Of a stretch of DNA of 64,000 bases, positions 1 to 9,898 are shown piece after piece; position 1 is the stretch's first letter, and every line of letters starts with the position of its first letter. Origin of the DNA: a virus (Duplodnaviria; Caudoviricetes); the IMG/VR virus record IMGVR_UViG_3300023047_000002; one strand, given 5' to 3'. The notes beneath the pieces were generated by a model. The model was not told the DNA's origin. It saw nothing but the letters and a program-made list of their open reading frames with translations, and searched no databases. The position numbers were made by a program, and so were the translations under genes.

Positions 1-600
1 CATAAAGACGAATGGTGCGTGTTCCTCGACACGGATGAGTTCCTGATGTTTAAAGACGGGTATACACTCAACAACTGGATATCCGACCTGGAAACGAAAG
101 CACGTGAAACCGGCGATTGGTTTTCATACATCGTGTTGCGAAACTTCAATGCAAGTGGTCACATCTATGCTCCAAACGTACCTACAGTACAAGCATATAA
201 ACAATGGGAATACAGAGACAACGACATGCTGTGCAAGTCAGTGGTCAATGTCTCAAGACCTTATAAATTCTTCTGTATCCAACGTGCGATGAGATACGAA
301 CAAACACAGCCTAGCAAACCACATGCACAGGAATTAGATACAGGTAATGTGTGGATAAATCATTATTTCACAAAGTCATGGGAAGACTGGCTGATTCGTA
401 TGAGACGTGGGTCACAAGACCCGAACCTTCGCAAACTTGAACAGTTCTTTGACATCTACAATAAAGATATGATGCGTTACAAATCACTTCTCATAGACTC
501 ATTCTATATGTGTCAGGATGAGTGGATGCAGGGTGGAACTGAGTTCATACCACAAGAGATTGCTCCTTGTATTGATGTTCTGAAAAGCTCTCTTCCGTGA
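1..600 (+). CDS. Glycosyltransferase (GT92/DUF23- or GT2-like), 5' truncated by window edge
   Basis: Frame is open from position 1 (HKDEWCVFLDTDEFL); DxD-type LDTDEFL motif and C-terminal INHYFTKSWED motif. Confidence 0.7.
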   Translation, partial: HKDEWCVFLDTDEFLMFKDGYTLNNWISDLETKARETGDWFSYIVLRNFNASGHIYAPNVPTVQAYKQWEYRDNDMLCKSVVNVSRPYKFFCIQRAMRYEQTQPSKPHAQELDTGNVWINHYFTKSWEDWLIRMRRGSQDPNLRKLEQFFDIYNKDMMRYKSLLIDSFYMCQDEWMQGGTEFIPQEIAPCIDVLKSSLP

Positions 601-736
601 GCTACCCACAGCTCGAATCTGTTAAATGTCAGTTGGTAGTTCACCTCTCCTGAAAAATCTCCGATGAAGTCTGTGCAGTCATGTTAGGCGAAATTGACTC
701 CCTTGAGTGTTATGCACGATGACATAGATCAGAAAT

Positions 737-785
737 AAAAGACAAAAACCACAAGCCAAATAAAGGCTTGTGGTTTTTGTCTTTT
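737..785. terminator. Long bidirectional hairpin terminator
   Basis: AAAAGACAAAAACCACAAGCC ... GGCTTGTGGTTTTTGTCTTTT perfect inverted repeat. Confidence 0.8.
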
Positions 786-788
786 TCA

Positions 789-829
789 TGGTGCTGTTTT
801 AATCCCTTGGTTTTCTTTTGTGGTAGTGT
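789..829 (+). promoter_or_regulatory. TGGTGCTG-box promoter upstream of 878
   Basis: TGGTGCTG, 27 nt, then TG-g-TAGTGT. Confidence 0.65.
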
Positions 830-877
830 CGCTATAAGACAAAATGGGTTTGTCTTATATTATAGCAGAGGATTGAA

Positions 878-1369
878 ATGGCACTAATATGGAAAAAGAA
901 ACGAATGATACGGTCTGAAAGGATTCATCGAATCATCGAGATGGCTCTTAAAAAAGCTAAATACCAAGATCGTGTCGCTGATTTGCTGCCACAGATTGCA
1001 CAGAATTGGTGTCTTTGTACATATTGCCGAATGTACGACCCAGACAACATAAATTACCGTGGGTGGCGTAAAGAACTCATCGCTCATATAGGAATGCTTA
1101 AATCGATTCCTGTAAAAGGCGATAAGGAAAAATGGACACGAGATGAAGTCATAAATACAAGCGAGTATAACAATGTGGATGTAATTCGCTGTGTATGTGA
1201 CTTCAAACTTGACGATGAGGATGAAATTGACTTCACGCAATCAATAAGAAAAGATCTGTATCGTGATTGTGCAGAGAATGCAGAAACAATCGTGTCGCTT
1301 ATCTCAAGTGATTCGTTGCCCTCAGAAAAGCTCTATAAGATATTCCCACTTAAAACAGATCGATTCTGA
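878..1369 (+). CDS. Hypothetical protein, paralog of 1394..1903
   Basis: RBS GAGG; shares EMA..KxxYQxRVxxLxxQIAxNWCLCxYC with the next gene. Confidence 0.8.
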   Translation: MALIWKKKRMIRSERIHRIIEMALKKAKYQDRVADLLPQIAQNWCLCTYCRMYDPDNINYRGWRKELIAHIGMLKSIPVKGDKEKWTRDEVINTSEYNNVDVIRCVCDFKLDDEDEIDFTQSIRKDLYRDCAENAETIVSLISSDSLPSEKLYKIFPLKTDRF

Positions 1370-1393
1370 CAGAAAATGAGGTGAACATTAATT

Positions 1394-1903
1394 ATGATAC
1401 GCATAAGTCATGCAGTTAAAAAACAACGCTTTATTCTTGAGATGGCTTTTAACAAAAGTCAATTTCAGACACGTGTGTTAAACCTTGCAAAGCAGATTGC
1501 TGAAAACTGGTGTCTCTGTCAATATTGCCATAAATATGAAAAGACTTTTCCTACGTATGTCCACTGGAAAAGCGAGCTTGAAGGATATCTTGACGAGTTA
1601 AACACAATGTCCATTGACAATGATAGATCACGTGAGAAGTGGAGCCTTGAAATTCTCAGAAAGGGAGACTTTGATGACGCTCAAAAAGTTTTCCGACAAT
1701 GCAAAAGGAAATTCATGATAGAGCATGTGCTGAACATGCCAAAAAATTCGCAGATAGAAGTGTGTGATGACTTTGCCAACATGATTGAGGATATCTCAAA
1801 ATGTATCGGAAGCGTTGACGGCATTGTCCCGTTCACATGCAAATGGTTTCCTGAAGTGTTGACAACCTTCGACATCCGATGGAGATCCGAACACAAATAT
1901 TAA
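1394..1903 (+). CDS. Hypothetical protein, paralog of 878..1369
   Basis: RBS GAGGTG; QIAENWCLCQYC motif. Confidence 0.8.
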   Translation: MIRISHAVKKQRFILEMAFNKSQFQTRVLNLAKQIAENWCLCQYCHKYEKTFPTYVHWKSELEGYLDELNTMSIDNDRSREKWSLEILRKGDFDDAQKVFRQCKRKFMIEHVLNMPKNSQIEVCDDFANMIEDISKCIGSVDGIVPFTCKWFPEVLTTFDIRWRSEHKY

Positions 1904-1916
1904 AGGATGTGAATCA

Positions 1917-2525
1917 ATGGCACGACAAAATAAAACAATCAAACCTAATACAGAAGAGAAAAAGCAACAAGAGCAACAGGAACTTGAAGAGCTCAAGCTC
2001 AGAATGGATAAGATGAAAGCCGAAGAAGAGCGACTAAAAGCAAACACGGTTCCAACGGCTGAGTATCTTGAAAACATTCGCAAAACGCATAAAGACCCGT
2101 ATTGGATGTCGTATGAAGTGGTACAGATAAAGCTCGGATCACCCATACAGACGATTTTCACTAGCGAACATTACTACGAGGCATTCGACGTTTTCAAGGA
2201 ATACTTCGAGAAAGATAAACACGCCAGAATGGATTTGGTCGTTCGTGAGGTACGTGATGGCACACCTATTTTCAGAACAATCGTAGCTGAATTTGAGGTA
2301 GCGGGAGCACATGGGGATGTGACATCTGATGGAAGACAAACACTTTCATCGTTTGCTAGTCCGACCGATTATGGACGTTTTGGCCCTAGTGTGTACAATC
2401 AAACGTACAAAGATGCTAAATGGGCAGGATATGAGGCATACTCTCGCCCCCTAAAGACTTTCAGTTATGGAGATTGTAGCAGTGGTTTTGACCAGAAAAG
2501 CGAGCCGAAAGCCCACCCGCTTTAG
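1917..2525 (+). CDS. Hypothetical protein; stop codon lies inside an IS605-like hairpin
   Basis: 202-aa ORF with N-terminal coiled coil. Confidence 0.7.
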   Translation: MARQNKTIKPNTEEKKQQEQQELEELKLRMDKMKAEEERLKANTVPTAEYLENIRKTHKDPYWMSYEVVQIKLGSPIQTIFTSEHYYEAFDVFKEYFEKDKHARMDLVVREVRDGTPIFRTIVAEFEVAGAHGDVTSDGRQTLSSFASPTDYGRFGPSVYNQTYKDAKWAGYEAYSRPLKTFSYGDCSSGFDQKSEPKAHPL

Positions 2526-2541
2526 CGGGTGGGTAGTTGAC
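2500..2541 (+). repeat. IS200/IS605-end-like palindrome (left-end/right-end hybrid)
   Basis: GCGAGCCGAAAG-CCCACCCGC-TTTA-GCGGGTGGG-TAGTTGAC. Confidence 0.75.
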
Positions 2542-2741
2542 TAAAGGTGGTGTGAACTTTCTTTATATGCAACAGTTTGAGAACCCATCCCTGAAGTATG
2601 AGACCCTAACGTATCTAAAACAGGTGATGTTTCTTTAGGCAAAGGTTGTGCTTGCGTCGTATCGTTTTCGTATAACAAAGCAAAAAGTACAGCGCAAACA
2701 ATGATAGTGAACACCATATAGATGCTTTTTATTATGTTCAT
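2541..2741 (-). CDS. Small membrane-anchored protein
   Basis: Hydrophobic helix IYMVFTIIVCAVLFALLY; start codon uncertain (2741 or 2762). Confidence 0.5.
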   Translation of the reverse strand: MNIIKSIYMVFTIIVCAVLFALLYENDTTQAQPLPKETSPVLDTLGSHTSGMGSQTVAYKESSHHL

Positions 2742-2773
2742 TTCGGTTACCTGTATGTTCAAAAGTTGTATTC

Positions 2774-4333
2774 TTAATACAGAACGAATGCAGAAGCATT
2801 CGTGGACGTTCTGAAACTCGTGTATTTTGCAACAATGTCACTCTGAGACTTCATTTGCTGAAGACCATTCTCTTTACATACGTCGGCATCCGTACTAAAG
2901 ATAACATCACGCCATTTCTCAAAAACACGATAAGAAGTCATGTTGTCCGTACCCGCAGAGTTTCCAAAAATGCTTTTAATCTGGTTCACAAGAACTTTAG
3001 CATAAGACGCTTTGTCAGAAGTCTGCATTTGCTGTAATTGTGTACGAACCTGTGATGGGTCTTCCGTTTCAGGGCTATGTCCCATCTGTTGTTGTGCTTG
3101 TATCTGATTAGCAGGCTGCTGTGCATTAGCCACGACATCCTGACCATTTGCTGTTGCGGCATCAAGCAAAGCATTTCCTGTTGTGCCCTGTGTCGTCTGT
3201 GTGCCAGTTCCACCAGAAGTGCCCTTCATTGATTTACCAAGGGACTTGGCAAGATCGTCATCTAATTCTGCTGCACTGGCTAACGGTCTTAATGCACTCC
3301 ATGCATCATCTTTACTTGACTGTGATTCATGATTCCACGGAATAATAACCATGTTAATGCATGGAATACCATCAGTAGTCTGGTTGGTTCCAACAGAGAA
3401 TGTGCACCTTCCAAGCCATGGTAATTTATCTGTACGGACAGCAGACATGGATGCAATCAATTTTGCCTGGTAGTTAGAGCCGGACAACGCAGTCATTCCC
3501 TGCGTAAACTGTCCTTTTAGGAACAGAGGAGCGGCTTCTTCAAACATCTCAAGTAATGACTTCGAGTCTCTTTCAGTTTCTGACGTATTTGAGGTCGCAT
3601 TCTGATTATCGCCATCCGCTTCATACGCACGCAAAATCTTAAAAGGAATCATGTTTCCGTTCTTATCCCTGCGAACAAACGATTCCTTTTTACCGGCTTC
3701 GCCTGTATTACCTGTGTTTGAGGTTGTGTTGTCCGAACCTTTACTTGCTTGTGCCTGAGCTGCAAGAGCATCATCCTGCGTGCTCTGTGCCTGTTGAGTT
3801 TGTTTCGGTTCTTCATTAGGTTTGTTATCATCCACCTGATTAACAGATGCGACTTCCAATATCTGTAACAGGTAAATTGTCGCACCCTCAGCGTAACCTT
3901 TCGAGTCATAACATGCAGTACCAACCACAATTACGCTGTCATCAAAAGCGTCTCTGTTAATCATGTCGTAGAACGTATTGCTGTCTCCGCCAACGAACTT
4001 CACAGGGTTCGTCTGCGTAGAAATAAGACGTGTTTTTCCATTGACTGTTTTTGCCTCAAACCCTCTTATTTCTTCACCGGCAGTGGAAGGGAACTCGACG
4101 TACACCTGACCTTTTTGCTTTGCTACATCGCACAGACCTTCTCGGAACAACTTCTCTACTGTCTTGAGACGGCTTTCTTCGATACATGGTTTTGTTCTGC
4201 GATAGAATGACTTGCTTTTCAGCGACAGTTTGTTGAGTTCTAATGTACTTTCTGAATCATTGTCTCCACGTGCTTCTGTGAAAGTTATGTTTGTGGTTGT
4301 CATATTGGATTTATTTTTATTGAACAAAATCAT
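2774..4333 (-). CDS. Hypothetical, probable internal virion protein with Gln/Thr-rich linkers
   Basis: ATG at 4333 with GAGG RBS; basic..Glu tags (FTEA, RRTKPCIEES, KKESFVRR, ILRAYEAD). Confidence 0.7.
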   Translation of the reverse strand: MILFNKNKSNMTTTNITFTEARGDNDSESTLELNKLSLKSKSFYRRTKPCIEESRLKTVEKLFREGLCDVAKQKGQVYVEFPSTAGEEIRGFEAKTVNGKTRLISTQTNPVKFVGGDSNTFYDMINRDAFDDSVIVVGTACYDSKGYAEGATIYLLQILEVASVNQVDDNKPNEEPKQTQQAQSTQDDALAAQAQASKGSDNTTSNTGNTGEAGKKESFVRRDKNGNMIPFKILRAYEADGDNQNATSNTSETERDSKSLLEMFEEAAPLFLKGQFTQGMTALSGSNYQAKLIASMSAVRTDKLPWLGRCTFSVGTNQTTDGIPCINMVIIPWNHESQSSKDDAWSALRPLASAAELDDDLAKSLGKSMKGTSGGTGTQTTQGTTGNALLDAATANGQDVVANAQQPANQIQAQQQMGHSPETEDPSQVRTQLQQMQTSDKASYAKVLVNQIKSIFGNSAGTDNMTSYRVFEKWRDVIFSTDADVCKENGLQQMKSQSDIVAKYTSFRTSTNASAFVLY

Positions 4334-4875
4334 CGCAGTCCTCAATAAGTACGTCAGATGAAGACATAAGACAAAAAGATTTCCTTTGAGATATGCAGTC
4401 TGCCCTTCCCAAAGGAAACAAATGGTTGCGTTAATTTGGCAACGCAACACCTACACATCTTTGATAACATCTATGGTTATCATGTCGCTATTTATTGCTG
4501 TAAGCCACCAACATGAAAGTCAGTGTAATGCGTATTGTCATTTACGACAACGACAATACGGCTTCCCCTCGACAAAGCATCAACTGAGTTGAACGAACTG
4601 GGGAGGCATCATAACGTTTCATTAAAGTTGATGCATAGTTCCTAAGAGATGAGTCTGTTCTCTTCAGTATGACATTTACTACGGGCGTTTTAGAGGTAGT
4701 ACACCCATATTAAATGCCATACCTCTGAGACGGACGAGACTGTGTGAATCAACGGATACGTGCGTTACACCTGTAATAAATGTCATACCTCTGAGACATC
4801 TAATGGAGGTTTAAAATGCCACACCTACGAGATACGTATCTAATGACCGGGAGGCATACAAGAGAAAACCAATAA

Positions 4876-6555
4876 TCAAGACAACGACCAGTTTCCGTTA
4901 AGAAAATCGTTATACGAACCTATAAGACCCTTTCCTCCTTTTTCTGTGTTTTCTGCTGCTTCTTTCGTTGCTTTAGTTGAGGATTTATTACCGTTTTTGC
5001 TACGACTTTTTATTGTCTTTCCAAGACCTTTCTGCCAGAGTAATGATTTCTTAATATAGTCCATTCGGCTTCGGTCAATCTCTACGTAATCGCATGTGAT
5101 GGATGATCTGCACTCCGCCCCCATCAGACGGTCAATCAGTGCAAGGTGGTCTTTGAAGAGCATAATTTTGTACGAATCGATTGTACCTTCTACTTCAAGC
5201 AGATACACATGTTGTTTCTTGTATGCTGAATCGACGCGACAAATTCTACCGACTGTCTGAATAACATTCTGAACACTGAACGAGGTGTTAAACATGATAA
5301 TGTTATTCGCTTTCTGCAGGTTTCGTGAAGCAGTACCTGATGAAGTCATAATTACAACGTCACGCGGTTGCATGATTACTTCAATCTCAGAACGTTTGTT
5401 TTCAGGGATTTCTCCTGACAGGATATGGACTGTATGGACGCCAAACTCTGTTCGGTGTTTCTCAACAAATTCACGGACAAGTTCTACGGTCTCAAGGTAC
5501 TCGACATAAATCAAACATGCCTCATTTCGGTTCATCACAAGTTTTAACGTTTCTGACAAGAGCTTGAATTTGTTTGAGACAAAACCCTCAGGCAACGACA
5601 AGGTATTACCACCATCGTCTGTAATCGGATTGCCATCAACAACACGCTGCAAATCGTGAAGTCTTGCTCCCCAGTCCTTTTCATCCTTGGTCACCAGGAG
5701 ACCCTGTGCAGCACTAACATAAGCATCTGAAAGTTCATCATCTAATATGGTCTTCAGAAACGAGTACTCTACATCATAAGTTTTTGCACCCTTGATAGTT
5801 AGCATGTCGATGTACTTGTTCAGCTCTTCCATATTTTGGTAGCCAATGATTTCCTTGATTATACGCTTGTGCTGATACGGATTAAATGCCTGACCCTTTT
5901 TACGCATGTAAATCTCACGGTCTTTTGTCACACAATATCTGTCACGAAATGCGAACCATGAAGTAAACACACGAGGGAACGTGAAGTGGTACAGGTTATA
6001 AAGTCCCTCAATGCTGTTTACGAGTGGTGTACCGGTTAAGCAGTACACGCCAATACATTTCTGACGTACTGACCATAACGACTTTGACAACTCACTCTTT
6101 TCGTTCTGCAAGCAATGTGCTTCATCTATGAACAGGTATGTCGGGAATGTTTCTGTTATTCGTAACAAAGCTGGAACAATCTGTTTCAGATAGGTATGTT
6201 CCACAATGATGATTTCGTGGTTCATCACCTGTTCCCATGTTGCATCTTTGTTCTTTACCGTAAGCAAAAGGTATGGCTTTCCTATCTTCGTAACACACTC
6301 ACGTTCATACGCAATGGACGCAGCTTTCGGAACTGCAAAAATACATCTAACGGGTGCTTTAAACCCTTCAACGCCTTTAGCACAAAGCTCCATCGCATAA
6401 TGCAGCGACAGAAGCGTTTTGCCGCAGCCACACTGTAACGCAATGACTGAAGACTTCATCTTTCTCAGCTTATCAAGAGCCGTTTCTTGTTCTTGATTCA
6501 ACGAATATCCCGTGTATACCCACGTATCTCTAAAGTCAGTTTTTTTCTTTGCCAT
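4876..6555 (-). CDS. SNF2-family (SF2) helicase/ATPase
   Basis: Walker A-like CGCGKT, DEAH, LTGTP, C-terminal QTVGRICR. Confidence 0.85.
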   Translation of the reverse strand: MAKKKTDFRDTWVYTGYSLNQEQETALDKLRKMKSSVIALQCGCGKTLLSLHYAMELCAKGVEGFKAPVRCIFAVPKAASIAYERECVTKIGKPYLLLTVKNKDATWEQVMNHEIIIVEHTYLKQIVPALLRITETFPTYLFIDEAHCLQNEKSELSKSLWSVRQKCIGVYCLTGTPLVNSIEGLYNLYHFTFPRVFTSWFAFRDRYCVTKDREIYMRKKGQAFNPYQHKRIIKEIIGYQNMEELNKYIDMLTIKGAKTYDVEYSFLKTILDDELSDAYVSAAQGLLVTKDEKDWGARLHDLQRVVDGNPITDDGGNTLSLPEGFVSNKFKLLSETLKLVMNRNEACLIYVEYLETVELVREFVEKHRTEFGVHTVHILSGEIPENKRSEIEVIMQPRDVVIMTSSGTASRNLQKANNIIMFNTSFSVQNVIQTVGRICRVDSAYKKQHVYLLEVEGTIDSYKIMLFKDHLALIDRLMGAECRSSITCDYVEIDRSRMDYIKKSLLWQKGLGKTIKSRSKNGNKSSTKATKEAAENTEKGGKGLIGSYNDFLNGNWSLS

Positions 6556-6575
6556 GTTGTTTCCTACCTATATGA

Positions 6576-7199
6576 TCACCAGTCCGCATTAAACACAACG
6601 CATTCAGTATCCCAATCAATATCTCTAAGTATGGAACGAATACCTGTGAGCAGTTTCGACACATGGTCGAAGTGTGAATCAGAACACCTACAAGGAAATG
6701 CTTTGTTTGTTATTCGGTTGACATTACCATGAATACGATTTTTTGTTTTTTCGTCTGCGGTCACCGTGTACGAAATCAAAACACCAAAATCATCATATCC
6801 TAACACACAACCTTTCTGATTCTTTAAGTATTTCTCTATATCAATCAGGCATTTTTTAGCACTGTCAAGAAGTTCCTCACATTGTGCTCGTGTGATGACC
6901 ATATCTTTTGCATAATAATCGTCATCATACCCAAAGAACTCCAAAAGAAAATGGAACTTACGAAAGTAAAGAGCTTCAGAATCAAACGTCTCTGTAGAGT
7001 CACATGAAGCATTAAACTGAGAGAGAGCTTTGAACAAAGCTAGCTCTAGAGTACAGTCATTATTCTCTGCCCATACTTTAAGACGACCAAGTTCGTACAG
7101 AACACCTGCGTCATTCAATGAACAGGTCAATAAATCAGGATTGAACGGTTCAGAAGAAACGACTCTAGGCTTAACATAAAAATAAGCATCAAGACCCAT
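6576..7199 (-). CDS. Conserved-type phage hypothetical protein (MGLD...YFRK...W pattern)
   Basis: MGLDAY start, YFRKFHFL motif, ends VFNADW. Confidence 0.7.
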   Translation of the reverse strand: MGLDAYFYVKPRVVSSEPFNPDLLTCSLNDAGVLYELGRLKVWAENNDCTLELALFKALSQFNASCDSTETFDSEALYFRKFHFLLEFFGYDDDYYAKDMVITRAQCEELLDSAKKCLIDIEKYLKNQKGCVLGYDDFGVLISYTVTADEKTKNRIHGNVNRITNKAFPCRCSDSHFDHVSKLLTGIRSILRDIDWDTECVVFNADW

Positions 7200-7209
7200 A
7201 GTTCACATC

Positions 7210-7674
7210 TCACATGTCTCTGTAATTGTCTTCACCACGAACACTTCGGCAGACCTCCTCATAATTTTCAATGCCAAAACCACATTCGTACACTTCAAAC
7301 ACTTGCACATGTGTGTCTTTAAGACGACGTTGAAGTGACCGAGGAAGCTCCGAAAACGTGTGCTGCGAGGGTTCCTTGAAAAACCGGCAATCCGTAAGTG
7401 CAAAGTCACCACGTAAGTATTTACGAAGAATGGCGAATCGTTTCTTGCCGTCCACCACTTCATACGGTCTGTCTTTTCCTTTGAGATTTGGATTCTCACC
7501 GATAACGAATGGAATTACCGATGTGTCAATCAGAAGACTTTCGATGTAACAGGTAAAGTCCTCAAGATGATAACCTTGCAGAACGTCTTCATCTGGATCA
7601 ACGATGTAAGACGTATTAAGTAACTGATCAACCGTCATTTCCATTCGTTCGACTCTCACATTAGGAACAATCAT
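7210..7674 (-). CDS. DUF262 (ParB/Srx-fold, GmrS-like) domain protein
   Basis: YIESLL..IPF..YEVVDGKKR (a DGQQR-like motif). Confidence 0.7.
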   Translation of the reverse strand: MIVPNVRVERMEMTVDQLLNTSYIVDPDEDVLQGYHLEDFTCYIESLLIDTSVIPFVIGENPNLKGKDRPYEVVDGKKRFAILRKYLRGDFALTDCRFFKEPSQHTFSELPRSLQRRLKDTHVQVFEVYECGFGIENYEEVCRSVRGEDNYRDM

Positions 7675-8235
7675 TTAATCCACTCCATTTTTATTTGGAA
7701 CAACTTCGCCATAAGAAAGCGTATGTGCAGGGTCAAGATACCATACAAGCATATCGAGTGAAACCTTTGCAAGATAAACGCAAACCTTGTTGAACTTTTC
7801 AAGATTACCAAACCCCATTCCGATGACATAACGCATTGCACTGATGCAACGCGTGCTTTCTTCTGGATTGCTAGATTCTGGCAAATCAGGTGCATCTGGA
7901 AGAGACGAAATCGCTTCATATGCATCACTATACAGTGCCTTTGAACAGATGCCTTCTGGCGTCAGCTCCGATAACGTGTTAATGAGATGATCCATGAAGG
8001 GGACAAAACCGTCCTTATTGATGGCTTCAAGAAACACTTGCTTGTCTAACGGTTTTACGCCATAGCACGTCACGTACTTGCCTCTACGTTTCTCCACTCT
8101 CGATGTAATGCGTTCGGAATAGGTGGCCTGTTCAATGGCAACCCATCTATTATCGAGAACGGAAAGCATGTCGATGATGGTTGGAAACACCCATACGATA
8201 AAACGTCTGTATTCAAGCTGTGACAGCTGTCTCAT
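7675..8235 (-). CDS. Hypothetical protein
   Basis: ATG at 8235 with GGGAG RBS; abuts the next gene. Confidence 0.65.
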   Translation of the reverse strand: MRQLSQLEYRRFIVWVFPTIIDMLSVLDNRWVAIEQATYSERITSRVEKRRGKYVTCYGVKPLDKQVFLEAINKDGFVPFMDHLINTLSELTPEGICSKALYSDAYEAISSLPDAPDLPESSNPEESTRCISAMRYVIGMGFGNLEKFNKVCVYLAKVSLDMLVWYLDPAHTLSYGEVVPNKNGVD

Positions 8236-8593
8236 AATTAACTCCCTTTGCAGTCCAACTGTAAACACGACCATTCTTCACGATGTCGCCATTTCCAAGT
8301 TTTATTTCGACGATTTGACCGGCATACTTTTGCATTACACTCTTGATGCATTCAAGCTGCTTGCGTGAAAACGAACCGCGTTCGTTATACTGGTTCACAA
8401 GACTGGTACAGAACTCTGCATCATGCTTATTGAATCCTACGCCATTATTAAACGACGTAACAGAGTTGTCCTGTTCCGAGGCTTCCTGATACGCATAGAC
8501 GAATAACAACGCATGAATTGCTGTATCGTCCTTCTCGGAAATTTGGGTTTTGAGTTTCGTGACAATTTCTTTTTTGCTTGTGAATGTAGCCAT
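8213..8593 (-). CDS. Hypothetical phage protein
   Basis: AGGAG RBS; YQEASEQ..NGVGFNKHDA..KQL motif. Confidence 0.75.
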   Translation of the reverse strand: MATFTSKKEIVTKLKTQISEKDDTAIHALLFVYAYQEASEQDNSVTSFNNGVGFNKHDAEFCTSLVNQYNERGSFSRKQLECIKSVMQKYAGQIVEIKLGNGDIVKNGRVYSWTAKGVNYETAVTA

Positions 8594-8635
8594 GTGTTTG
8601 TCTCCTAATGGCGAAACGGTTTATCGACAAACACA

Positions 8636-8675
8636 TGTATAACACTCCCAACCTGTCAGAGGATGCACAGCACCA
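8636..8675 (-). promoter_or_regulatory. TGGTGCTG-box promoter upstream of 8593
   Basis: TGGTGCTG, 26 nt, then TG-t-TATACA. Confidence 0.65.
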
Positions 8676-8684
8676 TGACAAAGA

Positions 8685-9299
8685 TCATACGGATTCCGTT
8701 ATCATGTCATGCGGAAACCTACAGTTAAATTCGACCCCTAAAAATTCACCTTCGTTACCGTTGTAACGCACATAGCTCTTATAGTTAGCTGGGTACACGT
8801 CTTGTAGATTATACGTCCGAACAGTTTCACCGGTTTCTCCATTGATTGCAAACAAACGTGCCTTTCCTACGTGATCCATTGGTTTGTCATGGTAGTCATA
8901 AAACCACTTCTTCAATTGAGAATCTTGCTCACAGATAGCTTTGAACTTCATATAACTGAACAAGTGACCGTATAATTTACAAGTTTGACCAGTTCCTTGT
9001 ACGTCATACACATCATAAATAATCGAATTGTCCATCCCGTCTTTTTCAAACTTAACACAAAACACAGTCTGATGACTGTATCTTACATTAGACGGAGTAT
9101 ACGTCTCTTTCACATCGTCCAGACGACACCATGCTTTAACCTCATGTGGTTCATATTGTGAACTCCACCTATACTGATACCAATGATTGTTTCTCCATTC
9201 TGCCTCAGAGATGTTGCCCTTATCCGTCAGAATAATGTAGCTGCCGGACTCATCACCGGGTGTCTGTTTACCGTCATACCATGTAATTCCCATTGTCAC
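8685..9299 (-). CDS. Hypothetical protein
   Basis: 204-aa ORF with GGAG RBS. Confidence 0.7.
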   Translation of the reverse strand: MTMGITWYDGKQTPGDESGSYIILTDKGNISEAEWRNNHWYQYRWSSQYEPHEVKAWCRLDDVKETYTPSNVRYSHQTVFCVKFEKDGMDNSIIYDVYDVQGTGQTCKLYGHLFSYMKFKAICEQDSQLKKWFYDYHDKPMDHVGKARLFAINGETGETVRTYNLQDVYPANYKSYVRYNGNEGEFLGVEFNCRFPHDMITESV

Positions 9300-9331
9300 T
9301 CTCCAACTATCGTAGTTTGGTTATTATCCTG

Positions 9332-9898
9332 CTAGTCCCACATGTCTAAATAATTTTCAGCGAGAAGCGAGAACCCTTCTTTTCGGATTCGATTATGCTC
9401 TTTCCATAATGATTCATCTGTGTCCTCTGTCTGGCCAGTCATATCAGAAAGAGATACTTCAAAAGCCATCTTTATCTTATTCAATACCTCATGCCATGTT
9501 TCAGGAGTCATTCCTGCTTTGTAACTCGCACCTTTTCTAATCCATACGTCCAAAGCAGGAATCGCAAATTCTGCCAAAGCACACCCGAACTCCCAACATG
9601 CGTATGGCGTAGGATATCCTTCCAACATGCAGAAGACAAAATCCATCGGATACCACAAGTCTCCGTCCTGTGCGGTTATTTCATGACACGTATCGTGAAG
9701 TGTCCATTTCGGAAACCAGGCATCCTCTTCAAGGTCGTCATCAGACGGAAACGTGTACGAACAAATGACCGTTTGACCGTCACTTAAACGAACCATGAAT
9801 TTGCCGAAATAAGGATTCCTATCGTCATTGAGTTCTGTTTTTACCTTGTACGGTCTTTCCTCTGAAAACTTTTTCCACTTGAATTGCTCAAGAGACAT
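9332..9898 (-). CDS. Hypothetical protein
   Basis: 188-aa ORF; C-terminal W..VL.KI..AF...G..LL..YL.MWD pattern common in phage proteins. Confidence 0.7.
   Translation of the reverse strand: MSLEQFKWKKFSEERPYKVKTELNDDRNPYFGKFMVRLSDGQTVICSYTFPSDDDLEEDAWFPKWTLHDTCHEITAQDGDLWYPMDFVFCMLEGYPTPYACWEFGCALAEFAIPALDVWIRKGASYKAGMTPETWHEVLNKIKMAFEVSLSDMTGQTEDTDESLWKEHNRIRKEGFSLLAENYLDMWD

Noticed and set aside
4711-4833. Mini-CRISPR array from three ~21-nt direct repeats
   Set aside because: Spacers are very unequal (about 45 and 15 nt), the third repeat is degenerate and no cas genes are present; kept only as a structured tract
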